Part shown: piece after piece, positions 1 to 11,058 of the stretch
Layout: every line of letters begins with the position of its first letter
Position numbering within the stretch: position 1 is the first letter of the stretch
DNA from: Podarcis bocagei
Taxonomy: Eukaryota
Assembly: GCA_964188305.1 (NCBI GenBank)
Contig: OZ076894.1
Direction: 5' to 3' (one strand)
DNA length: 64,000 nucleotides
Program-made: the position numbers and the translations under genes
Notes under the pieces: model-generated
Seen by the model: the letters and a program-made list of their open reading frames with translations, nothing else
Databases searched by the model: none
Told to the model about the DNA's origin: nothing

Positions 1-434
1 GTGCTTCCTGTAAATGTTTAGAAGATGTCATTAAAAACATATGTCCTCTTCCCACAGGCTTTCTCCCCCTGAATGCGTGCTGCAAATTGGGTGTGTTAGC
101 TTTGCTAGAAAAAGAAAAAGGGAGAGGGAGAGGGGAAATGGCCACACGTGCATGAGGAGACACACACATGCACACAAAGTAGTTATGTACAAATTGTTTC
201 TCATGGTGCCAGTCCCAGTAGAGTTGGGAACTGGCATTCGGTTGCTCAAGGCTGTGTTCATCAGAAACACGCGCCAATTCACATTAGTGATCCAATTAGC
301 CCGCCGTTGTCTGTTTTGACTGGCACCACCTCTCCAAGATCTCGTTGGGGCTGAGGGGGGTGGGGAAGGAGCCCCAAAACATCCAGAACATCCCTCCCCC
401 TGGTCTTCATGATCCTTTAACTGGTGATGCCAGA

Positions 435-607
435 GAAGAGCAGTGGCTCAGTGGTAGAGGACATGCTGTGCATGCGAAAGGTCCTGGTATGTCCAGATAG
501 GGTTGGGAGAGATCCTGGTCTGGAACCCTGGAGAGCTGCTGCCATCCATTGTAGACAGTACTGAGCAAGATGAGCCAGTGGTTTGACTCTGTATCAGGCA
601 GCTACTT
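435..607 (+). mobile_element. Decayed tRNA-derived squamate SINE
   Basis: gctcagtggtagag..atgc..aaggtcc head and tgtagacagtactgagc..gatg 3' part; related fragments at ~10185-10460 (-) and ~35500-35660. Confidence 0.55.
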
Positions 608-1945
608 ATGTCCACATGAACCTTGACTCTCCTGTCTGCTCTGCCGCTGAGTGATGGTACTTCCTCATTATGGAGAAAGAGAGTCCATTATTCACCTTGG
701 AGGCACTTGTAGGCTTTCCAGGGAGTTGTGTGTGTGTATTTGTGTCAGTCATAGTTCCCTGCTGCTCAGTGGCATAGCGTGGGTTACTAGTGCCCAGGGC
801 AAGGCTCCGCTCGCTGGTAAGCTGGAACAAAGGGTCAATAGCTCACAGCGCCTTATGAGCGTTGGGCACGGCAGAGAGTGGGATGGGGATTGGTCAGGAT
901 AATAATAATAATAATTTAGGAGTGGGCATCTTTCTGAAACCCATGCAGAGGGTGCCCAAATCTGCTCCTCAGTCTACCCATGCGAACATTGGGAGATTTT
1001 CTGTGTGAGGAGGAAAGAGCATTATTTTTTATTTTTATTAGTACTACTTTCTCTTTTTTCCCCTCTTGAAATTTTGCTCCCCCTCGAATTTTGCACCAAG
1101 GGCAACAGCCCCCCACACTATGCCTGTGCCACTGCTGTCTCAGACAGAATTGAGCCATCATGTACAAAGCATGCCTTATTCTTTCGACAACAGTGGAGCA
1201 GTAGTTGCTGTGAAAGTTTGCTGCAAGATTCTTCCTGTTGTGTTCTAATGAGCCTCCATGCCAAATCAAGAAAAAATACAGAGGTTCTGTCTCTCAACAG
1301 TCTCTCAACTGTACCTCTTCAAATTGGTGGAACTGCCTCCTGAGCCGCCAAAAAGGAGCAGTCTCTAGCTCAGCCTTTCCAAATCTTCTGGACTCCAGCT
1401 CCCATCAGCCCTAGTCAGCATGGTCAATAGCCAGGGATGATGGGAGTTGTAGTCCAAAACAACTGGCAGGCACCAGGTTGTGGCAGGAGAACCTGTGGCT
1501 CTCCAAATGCTGTTGGACTACGACTCCCACCTTCCCTGGCCGTCAACTATGATGTCTGGGACTGGTGGAAGTTGGAGTCAAGCAACATCTGGAGGGTGTT
1601 CCTGTAATAAATTACATAGACTTCCAGTGTTTGTTTTCAGAATCAATGTGTACATTTATGGCACAGTAACTGAAATTATATACAATGCACAGTATCTGTT
1701 GTGCATCCAGAACTCTTTGCAAGCAGGGACTAACCCGTAACCCATTGACTTTAGTTTTATAGAAACCTCCATGCACTCCCTGAAATGAATTGAATTGTTT
1801 CTCTTTGTGGGGTGTGTTTTATTGGAGACCTTGCAGGTGTCACCTTGTTGACCAGTACATTTAGACCCTATGGAGTTGGCGCAAATTGGGATATAGCGCT
1901 ATTTTGTGCAGAAATATAGATACCTGTTTTTCTAACCCTTTGCAG

Positions 1946-2073
1946 ATATTGATGATGTCCGGAAGTTCAAGCCAGGTTATCTTGAAGCTACGGTTGACTG
2001 GTTCAGATTATATAAAGTTCCCGACAGGAAACCAGAAAATCAGTTTGCTTTTAATGGCACTTTTAAAGACAAG
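1946..2073 (+). CDS. PPA2: PPA2 internal coding exon (family I inorganic pyrophosphatase, mitochondrial); upstream exons lie outside the window
   Basis: tttgcag|AT...AAG|gtgagg, 128 nt; translates (D)[42 protein letters not shown], matching the PPA2 [20 protein letters not shown] motif. Confidence 0.95.
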
Positions 2074-4440
2074 GTGAGGTACTTGCTTGTGAAAGATGAC
2101 AGATTTGCTAATGGTTCTCGTTGAAATTGTACTCTGTGGAATAAAACTTTCAGAAGAGTTCTAGAATCTCATGCAAAAAAAGGGGTGGGACTCTCCAAAT
2201 AGAGTAAACTTTTATTTGTGTTAAAAATGTACACCTGATATTTCACCTTTATGGTTCCATGCTCAGCTATGGAACAAGAAGTATTGAGCCTCACCATGTA
2301 GGCAGAAGTAGTTAACACACAGGGTGCGGGTCAAATCTGGCCAGCCAAACCACAAGAAGTGACCCTCCAGCCCTTTCCCTCTCTCCAGTTTTATCATTCC
2401 ATTTTGCCAGATAATAAATCTCCCTGTCTGTCTTGTTGAGGGTGATTTTTTTTTATTTTATAAAAGAGCTCTTTATCTCCCTATGGAGGATTTCTGAAAA
2501 ACGTTCTGAGTGATCTTTCGTCTCTGATCTCGGCACTCATCGCCACAAGCACTGAGATCTGAGATAAGCCCCTCTACATCTTCTGTAAGAGTACAAGACA
2601 GTGTTTTCTTCCTCTCCAGTGCTGGCGTGTGGGGAGGGTTCAAACCCTGCCTTTTTCAACAGATCCATTGATGGCGATGGGAAGGCTACCAAGGCTGACT
2701 TTGACTATGTGCATGTGTGCAAATGCCTTTGTATTTGTGTTCGTATGCAGGCGTGTAGGTCAAAGGGATGGAACAACTCACCTTCGAGGAGATTACTTGA
2801 TGCTTTTTAGTTTAGGGGGAAAGGCAAGCAAGGCGAGGAACATAATAGAGATGGCCTCTTTCATAATCCTTGAGCTCAGGGACATTCAGTGAAGCTGAAA
2901 GCTGGAAGACTTGGGACAGATAAAAAGAAAGGACTATTGAACTTGCTCCCACTGGAGACAGTGATGGCTGCTATCTTAGAGGAGGACACAAATTCTTGGA
3001 GAAGATGGCCTCTACCCATGATGGCCGTGCTGTGCCTCCACAGTTGGAGGAAGCAGTGCTTCTGAGCACCAGTTGCTGGAAGCCGCAGGAGTCCTGCATG
3101 TAGCTTTCCCACAAGCCCCTGGGAGAACAGGGTGCTGAAATAAATGGGCCATTGGCTTGATGCAGCTGGCCCTTGTGGCCAGCAGTTGTCAGGGTTATAA
3201 GCAGATGTCAGGGAACTGCCATCGGCTCAGAGGCGAGGAATAGAAGGGCAGTTGTATTACAGGGAGCCCCCGAAAATCTTGCAAAGCAGTTCCCTTCCGG
3301 GGAGGAGAAAAGCCCCACCTCTAGTGGGGAAGAGGTGGAAGGACCAGAGGATGCTGGTGGGAGCCTTAACACCACTCCTGGACAAGCCGGACAGGAGGGA
3401 AACACACCCTTGCCATTGGCTGTACTGCACAGTAGCCTAAGGCGCAAAGAGGGAAGGAGAAGGTTGGGGGTAACGAAACTGTTATGTTGACCACTCCCGG
3501 ATTCTTCTAGCGATTGAGCCAGACATGAGCTTTGGAGCTCTTCACTGAAAATAGTTTGCACCAAAATAAAACCCGTAAAACACAGGTTTGGAGTCCTGTC
3601 TGGTTACTCTCGAGCAACCGCAACAGCCATCTGACAGCAGATTTTGAAAGATTGTGACAACAGCAATAAGAAAGAGATCCAGTTAGTCTTGTAGACAATT
3701 CTGCTGCTGTAACTTAGGATGTTTTGGAAGAAAATCCACCTTGTCTTCCCAGTGCCTGCGACTTCCAAATAATTACATGGTCGTTTGACCCCTCTCCCGA
3801 AGTGCATTCTTGTAAGCTCATTGACGGTCTGCAATGTTCTCCCTCTTTGAGGTTGAGGGAATCTCCCAAGTCTCAGTTATATTCTCAGACTGACCTTAAT
3901 TAGACACTTTCCAACTGTTTCACTGAGGTCCAGGGAGGGCCGTTGCCAAAACAGCTGGCGTTTAAAAAATTAAGCATCTGCTGAAAAGCTTTGCCTAGAG
4001 CAGAGCCAAGGCATGAACTGAATTATTTCACTCTCTGTCTGAACTGGGTTGGAGAGGCTTCACAAAACGGTTCTGGGAATGCTAAGAGGGCTTAGTCTTT
4101 CCCCAAATATGGCTTAGTTCCCATGGCCTGCATGAAGCATAGCTGTGCTCAGGCCATTCCATTCTTATGAAATGCGCATTCTCATTCCTGGTGTGTCTCT
4201 CTCTCTCCCCCCCTTCTACTTTTTTGGGAGCAGATCAGTGTTTTTTGGGAAGTTTCCACAATGTTTGGTCTGAATTGGGGGAGGTTATTTTTAGAATGGA
4301 AGTGGCTTAGCAAATGTATTGGGACCTTCCAAGCTCTTGCTCAGCCTGTAGTCTTAATTGTTCTTTGAGTTCCTGTTTTGTTTTGCAAATCATACAATGT
4401 AACATTGATTTTTTTTAAAATTGTCATTTTTTTAAAACAG

Positions 4441-4526
4441 GCATTTGCTTTTGAAATCATTCAATCCACCCATGAGTACTGGAAGGCTTTGCTTCACAAA
4501 AAGGCTGATGGAGGCGCCATAAAATG
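4441..4526 (+). CDS. PPA2: PPA2 coding exon
   Basis: aaaacag|GCA...AAA TG|gtaag; AFAFEIIQSTHEYWKALLHKKADGGAIK(C); phase-compatible with neighbours. Confidence 0.93.
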
Positions 4527-4990
4527 GTAAGCATTCACTTGGCACACAGATCTATTGAAATCCAGTGTGAATTAATGCAAAATTGACATGGGTGGCTTTT
4601 ATTACAGTGGTTGCCTTTCTGTTCCTGAAGATCACTTCTGCGTACTGCCTTTGTTGGCAATTTCACTTAAATAAAATAATTAAGTCACAACCGCACGAGC
4701 CCCACAGATTATTCAGTAATTAAACCGTAGTAACGGCTCAAAAATAAATTGGCCTGTAATCTCCCACTTGTAATTTTGCTCACAAAAAAGGAGAGTGGAA
4801 AACCTTGGCTTTTGCTTGACTTTGCTCATTCTAGGGCCTCATCTGCACCATGATGCTGCTTTTAACAGCCATGGCTTTTCCCAAAGAATGCTGGGAACTG
4901 TAGTTTGTTAAGAGTGCTGAGAGTTGTTAGGAGGCTCCTATTCCCCTCACAATTCCCAGAGTTCCCTGGGAAGCGGGGTTAATTGTTAAA

Positions 4991-5785
4991 TCCAGGTTGA
5001 ATCCTGACAAGACAGAAGTACTGTCTTGCAGGTGTGGAGGACTCCCTGGTCCTGAATGGGGTAACTGTACCTCTGAAGGACCAGGTGTGCAGCCTGGGAG
5101 TCATTCTGGACTCACAGCTGTCCATGGAGGCGCAGGTCCAGGGCAGCTGTCTTCCAGCTCCATCTGGTACGCAGGCTGAGACCCTACCTGCCCCTGGACT
5201 GTCTCGCCAGAGTGGTGCATGCTCTAGTTATCTCTTACTTGGACTACTGCAACGCGCTCTACATGGGGCTACATTTGAAGGTGACCCGGAAACTACAACT
5301 AATCCAGAATGCGGCAGCTAGACTGGTAACTGGGAGCGGCCACTGAGACCATATAACACTGGTCTTGAAAGACCTACACTGGCTCCCAGTACATTTCCAA
5401 GCATAATTCAAAGTGTTGGTGCTGACCTTTAAAGCGCTAAACTGCCTCTGTCCAGTATACCTGAAGGAGCGTCTCCGCCCCCATCGTTCTGCCCGGACAC
5501 TGAGTTCCAGCGCCGAGGGCCTTCTGGTGGTTCCCTCACTGTGAGAATTGAGGTTACAGGGAACCAGGCAGAGGGCCTTCTTGGTAGTGGCACCTGCCCT
5601 GTGAAACGCCCTCCCACCAGATGTCAAAGAGAAAAATAACTACCAGACTTTTAGAAGACATCTGAAGGCAGCCCTGTTTAGGGAAGCTTTTAATGTTTAA
5701 TAGGTTATTGTATTTTAATATTCTGTTGGAAGCTGCCCAGAGTGGCTGTGGAAACCCATCCAAATGGGCGGGGTATAAATAATAA

Positions 5786-5818
<33 letters not shown>

Positions 5819-5820
5819 AT
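4991..5820 (+). mobile_element. L2-clade LINE 3' fragment, decayed
   Basis: LNPDKTEV, LGVILDSQLSM, LDYCNALY, LQLIQNAAARL, LHWLPV motifs across frameshifts; (TTG)n tail. Confidence 0.85.
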
Positions 5821-5928
5821 AAACTACTCTGGGTAACACCAGCTTCTTATGTTCCTTCCTGTTCACGTTTTCTGTCATAGCACTTGACAGTCATGCCCCA
5901 GTTGTTGGTAATTCTGTTCTGTTTTCAG

Positions 5929-5998
5929 CACCAACACCCAGCTGGATACCAGTCCGTATTGCTGCAATGAAGAGGAAGTGCAAGCTATTGTGCAGTCT
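5929..5998 (+). CDS. PPA2: PPA2 coding exon
   Basis: ttttcag|C ACC...TCT|gtaag; TNTQLDTSPYCCNEEEVQAIVQS, completes the split TG/C codon. Confidence 0.9.
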
Positions 5999-6462
5999 GT
6001 AAGGGAATTTTTTTACATCCCGATTCTTAAATGTATGTCATTAATTGAAGCATAAAATTTCCAAATGTGCCACGAGGTGTAAAACAAAGGAAAGACCTGA
6101 CTTGAAAATTAAATGGAGAACACAGGTAGGGGGTTTGGGTGTGATGGAGGGAACCGGGGACCAGGAATCTAGGTGGCAAGGGGTAAAAATATTTCGCAGC
6201 TTTAAGTACTGTTTTTTTTTTACCATTTCTCAATCGGAGTAATTCCATTACCAGTCTTCTCAATGCAGTGAATGCATTTCTCTCTTTATTTATTTCTCTG
6301 AAAGCTCCATAATGCTTGATTTTCTATCTCACTAATACTCAATAATAGCAAGGTGGACCATTTGTATCTCGCCTACTTGGTGTGCTGGCTTTGATTTGCC
6401 CTGTTGTCATGTGCTACTAGCACTTAAAGCTCATTGACTAGCAGCAGTATACTCTTAATCAC

Positions 6463-6811
6463 GGGACGCGGGTGGCGCTGCGGGTTAAACCACAGAGCCT
6501 AGGACTTGCCGATCAGAAGGCCGGCGGTTCGAATCCCCGCGACTGGGTGAGCTCCCATTGTTTGGTCCCTGCTCCCTCCAACCTAGCAGTTCGAAAGCAC
6601 GTCAAATTGCAAGTAGATAAATAGGTACAGCTCCAGCGGGAAGGTAAACAGCATTTCCATGCGCTGCTCTGGTTTGCCAGAAGCGGCTTAGTCATGCTGG
6701 CCACATGACCCAGAAGCTGTACGCCAGCTCCCTCGGCCAATAAAGCGAGATGAGCACCGCAACCCCAGAGTCGGCCACGACTGGACCTAATGGTCAGGGG
6801 TCTCTTTACCT
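6463..6811 (+). mobile_element. Sauria SINE, full length
   Basis: tRNA-like head (B box GGTTCGAATCC), ...ctttacctt tail, 13-bp TSD TACTCTTAATCAC (6450-62, 6812-24). Confidence 0.9.
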
Positions 6812-6879
6812 TACTCTTAATCACAAAGAGCATACTTTATTGCCTTGTGTAATTCAATGTATCTTGCAGGAAAAGATAA

Positions 6880-6881
<2 letters not shown>

Positions 6882-6929
<48 letters not shown>
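6882..6929. repeat. (GT)n microsatellite
   Basis: Direct reading; similar (GT/CA)n tracts at ~33181-33217, ~48051-48096, ~49778-49806, ~56909-56951. Confidence 0.95.
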
Positions 6930-6931
<2 letters not shown>

Positions 6932-7681
6932 GAAAGAGAGAATTATTTAAAATATTATTTTCGGTCCATCCACATGTTTCCATTTTCTTTTTTAAGAACA
7001 CAAAAACTTAAGCAAAGGAGCTAAAAATATCAGAGCCTGCTTTTATCCTAAAAATGAAGCCTCGCATTCTGATCTGTTTATAAATGGGCTTTGCCAGCTG
7101 CAATGATTGCATCAGTTACGTGGAGAGTTTTTCCGCCGCCCCCAGGAGTGTTCCCAGCTATTTAGCCAGCTGATTTTTAACTATTAATGCGCCAAAGGGC
7201 CCCGTTTGTAAACTGAGTCATGGCAGTTGCACAGATGCAGCCCGTACAAGGAAGCTTCTGTTTTCTACGAAGAATCTAATCCAAGCTTTCAGAGACTCTT
7301 CTTCCCCCACTTTTGATTACAGCAGCAAACATAGTGCATGTTCAGAATGTACAGCGCATGCTTTAAATGTGCTGTAAAAGTATGGTGCCTTTCAGTGCAA
7401 CCTTTTTATGAAATGAAATGTATGCTTGTTTGTTTTTGTTTTGTTTTTAAATCCCTACTCAAAGTCAGCCCCTTTTTGTGTGTGCGTGAGCCCTTCAGCT
7501 ACACCCTTCTGCAATTAACCCTAAGTGTATGTAACTGAATTAATTGCATGTTCTCCCTTTGCTGACTGCTGCCTCCCCTTCCCTAGTTTCCCCTAGTGTC
7601 AAATTTTTGATTTATAAGCTTATTGGATCGCTTTGCACGTTGGTGATGCAAAGTAAATACAACTGACTGTTCTTTCTGTAG

Positions 7682-7721
7682 GTTCCATCCCCCACAGAAG
7701 ACTATCCTGTTTCCAAAGAAG
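7682..7721 (+). CDS. PPA2: PPA2 penultimate coding exon
   Basis: ttctgtag|GTT...GAA G|gtaag; VPSPTEDYPVSKE, phase 0 in and phase 1 out. Confidence 0.85.
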
Positions 7722-8392
7722 GTAAGACCCATTTTTCCAGGCGTCTTCATCGCACAGCTGAAGCCTGCCTATCAGCCACACGTGATAATTTACACTCCTT
7801 GTTCAATGTCACATACAATTTTGTTCTAGTTGAAAACAATATGATTGTGAAATGGTGTCCTGTGGTCCTATTTTCTGTGACCAGTCTTGAGCAAGTAGGA
7901 TACCCCCCCTTCCCCTAAAACACTGGAATGATGGCATGAGACGTTTGCACACCACCTCTAGAACTGGAATTCTTCTTAAAGGAAATTCAAAATATCTTGT
8001 AGTAGGTTTTATGCAACTTAACATATATTATTATACCAGCATCTTTGCTCCTTCTTGCTACTTGTAAGCATTGGTAACTGCTGGACATCTGTTAAGCATA
8101 AATATTTAGCAGATCTGTGAGATCAGGTTGGCACAAACTTGGGGGGCATCTGCTAGAAATTAAAAACATGTCTGTTTCCCTGCCCCCTTCATGCTTGTTC
8201 CTAAAGTTATGCTTTATGTTCTTAACATTTTCTAAGTTGCTTAGAGAAACTTTCTGCAGCAAGCAATTTATAAACTGAACGAATGATTATATATTGATTC
8301 ATACACAGACAGCAGTGGTCTGTGTTTGAGTATTCTGTCCTTTTAAGGGGCAGTCTAGTAATGAATAATATTTGTTCTGTTTTTTCTTTTAG

Positions 8393-8421
8393 TTGATAAG
8401 TGGCATTTTCTCAGGCAGTGA
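8393..8421 (+). CDS. PPA2: PPA2 last coding exon (to stop)
   Basis: polypyrimidine tract ttttag|TT GAT AAG TGG CAT TTT CTC AGG CAG TGA = (V)DKWHFLRQ*, typical PPase C-terminal WHF. Confidence 0.9.
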
Positions 8422-8618
8422 TCATGAGCGTTCCCTGAAGTCAGTCTGTGCCATCTATCTACATCTATCTATCTTCTTTACACACATTCATTTACTCTCT
8501 CTTTCACACACACACACACACACACACTTACTTTTTTTGAAAATATGCAAGAGAATATATCACCAAATGGATTCTAAAGATACAAGTCTACATGTGCTGT
8601 GCAAATTTCTATCATGTA

Positions 8619-8624
8619 AATAAA
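8619..8624 (+). terminator. PPA2: PPA2 polyadenylation signal
   Basis: AATAAA about 200 nt after the stop, preceded by TGTA and followed by a GT-rich tract (8645-8670). Confidence 0.75.
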
Positions 8625-10708
8625 AGCAGTGATTTTACATTCTCTTTGTGGTATTGTGTGTGCGTGTGCGTAAAATTTTAGATTGTTACCTAAAATATAC
8701 TTTTAACCAAGTCTACCATTAGGTAATAACTGCAACCTCCCTATGTGTGCTTTACAAAGCAGATTGTGTTTTCCGCCTTGCCCCACTTTTATTTTATTTT
8801 TTAGACAGAGCAGTTAGGACTATCGACAGACATCGCCTTCTCTGAGCCTTCGTTCACCATCCATGCCCCCCCCCCCAAAGCAGTTGTACCCAAATGCGCT
8901 GGCGTAAATAACTCTGAAACAGCCCTGTCACAAATTTTGCACTTTGGTACAGGCAGCTCCTGTTTTAAGCGCGACCGATTTGTGCGCAATTACGCACACA
9001 GCGCCGAACCCAGAAGTGACCCGAAAATGTCATAAAGATGTCCCTAAAAGAGTGGGGTGGGGGCAGGGCAGAACAGGGTGTTTTCAGTCTTTTTCAGTGG
9101 GTTTCCGATTTCACGCAAGTGCGCAGTGACCCGGAATGTACCCCTCCCCACACACAAACGGGGAGTTGTCTGCAATTAAAATTTTAGTTTCGTTTCACAT
9201 GTGGCATAAAAATGTGTTTTTATTCCTTGTGAATGTTTAGCTACGAAGGTTGAAAAGAACGAGTGTGGTGTAATAAAGAGTGTTGGACCTGGGAGGCCAT
9301 GGTTGAGTAAGGAATCAAACCCTGATGCTCACTGGGTGAATTTGAGCCAGTCACTGTCTCTCAGCCTGACCCTAAATCGCAGGGTTGTTCTGAGGATAAA
9401 AATGGGGAGACATGTACCCCACCTTGAGCTGGGGGGGGGGAAGCTAGAATATAAATATGTTCGAAGTAAAGGGCACTCTCCAGTCAAAAGCATTTTAAAA
9501 CCACTGATTTGAAAGGAAGTGTTGGACATGTTCTTAAATATTTCCATTGGAATTGATGTGCCACAGCAGAGCTACGTATGGCCTATCAGATATCTTTTCG
9601 TAGTTAAAGCAAACAATTAAAACAATCGTGCATTCCTGACTGCCCAATTGACTTTGATTTTGTTTACGTAGCCTGCAGTTGAAAAGTAAGTTCTTATAAA
9701 GATTTGTGGTTCAGTTTAGGTCAGAGTATGCACCTAATAAATACTTGCGCTAAGAAGGGCTTCATTGACCACCAGTGCTTGGGTGGTCCTGACTGAAGTG
9801 AATGGAATGTGTTCTACATTAAATCAACAATAAAGTCAGCCGGACGTCTCTGCAGCCAGTGTTCTGTACGTGCCAGTTATTTACAGGCTCAAACATCTAA
9901 ACAAGACAGAAAAGGGTGGAAAAAACAACTCGCTGGCATTTCTCTGTAGAACGGTGAGTAATGAAATGAAGTAGACTTGAGGAATTGCCTGAGGAAGAAC
10001 TGAGGTGAACCATAAGACGTCTTGTGATGTGTGCGTTGACCTGGAGTTCTGAACATCTGTCAATGGCCACTGTTTAACTAGGATACCTGGAGCTTACACT
10101 GGACTCAGAGTTCAGTTATGTTATGGGATGTCTTATCTGCATGCAACTATGGGAGTGCTTGCTTTAGTCCACAAATGAAGCTGCTGTCTGCTGAGTTGGT
10201 CTATCTGGCTCAGTACTGTCCACACCAGAGTTTCCCAAACTACAGCTCCCATCAGCCTCATCAGGGATGATGGGAACTGTAGTCCAGCAACGTTTAGAGA
10301 CCCAAAATTGGGAAGGCTGGTCTACACTGACTGGCAGTGGCCCTCCAATCTGAATTCAGCAGAGGTCTTGCTTCTAGTTTTTGAGCATGCAGGAAACCAC
10401 TCACTTGGGCAGATTGGCTTGGTCCTGGGCTATATGCTGGTGGTGCCAGCTGTGCCCTTGTCTTTTCCCTGTGTAAGAACATCGTCTCTCTCCCCAAGCC
10501 CTGCCCATAAGTAACCAAAGAATGACCTGAACTCAGGAAATGCACAGTTCTCAAAGAGACCAGGAATTACCGTCAGCCTGTGTGTTAATGACATTTCCCT
10601 TCTCTCCACAGGATTTGAACTAGATGATAGTTCAAAGGTTCATAGAAGTGCAAAGTAGAAGTGGAGAGATGGGCAGTAGCAACTGCCCTATTTACTCCTG
10701 ATACATTA

Positions 10709-11058
10709 AAGATAAAGGGACCCCTGACTATTAGGTCCAGTCGTGACCAACTCTGGGGTTGCGGCGCTCATCTCGCTTTATTGGCCGAGGGAGCCGGTGT
10801 ACAGCTTCCGGGTCATGTGGCCAGCATGACTAAGCCGCTTCTGGCGAACCAGAGCAGCGCACGGAAACGCCGTTTACCTTCCTGCCGGAGTGGTACCTAT
10901 TTATCTACTTGCACTTTGATGTGCTTTCGAACTGCTAAGTTGGCAGGAGCAGGGACCGAGCAATGGGAGCTCACCCCTTCGCGGGGATTCGAACCACTGA
11001 CCTTCTGATTGGCAAGTCCTAGGCTCTGTGGTTTAACCCACAGTGCCACCCATGGCCC
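10709..11058 (-). mobile_element. Sauria SINE, full length
   Basis: Reverse complement of the 6463 copy; TSD tcctgat(a/g)catta. Confidence 0.9.

Noticed and set aside
7281-7306. Additional hammerhead motif (minus strand ..aagaagagtctctgaaagcttgg); also ctgatga at ~51720 and ~63774
   Set aside because: Each lacks either the CUGA core or a stem II plus GAAA
6463-11058. Inverted Sauria SINE pair promoting PPA2 circular RNA
   Set aside because: The second copy lies ~2 kb beyond the PPA2 polyA signal and the last exon has no donor
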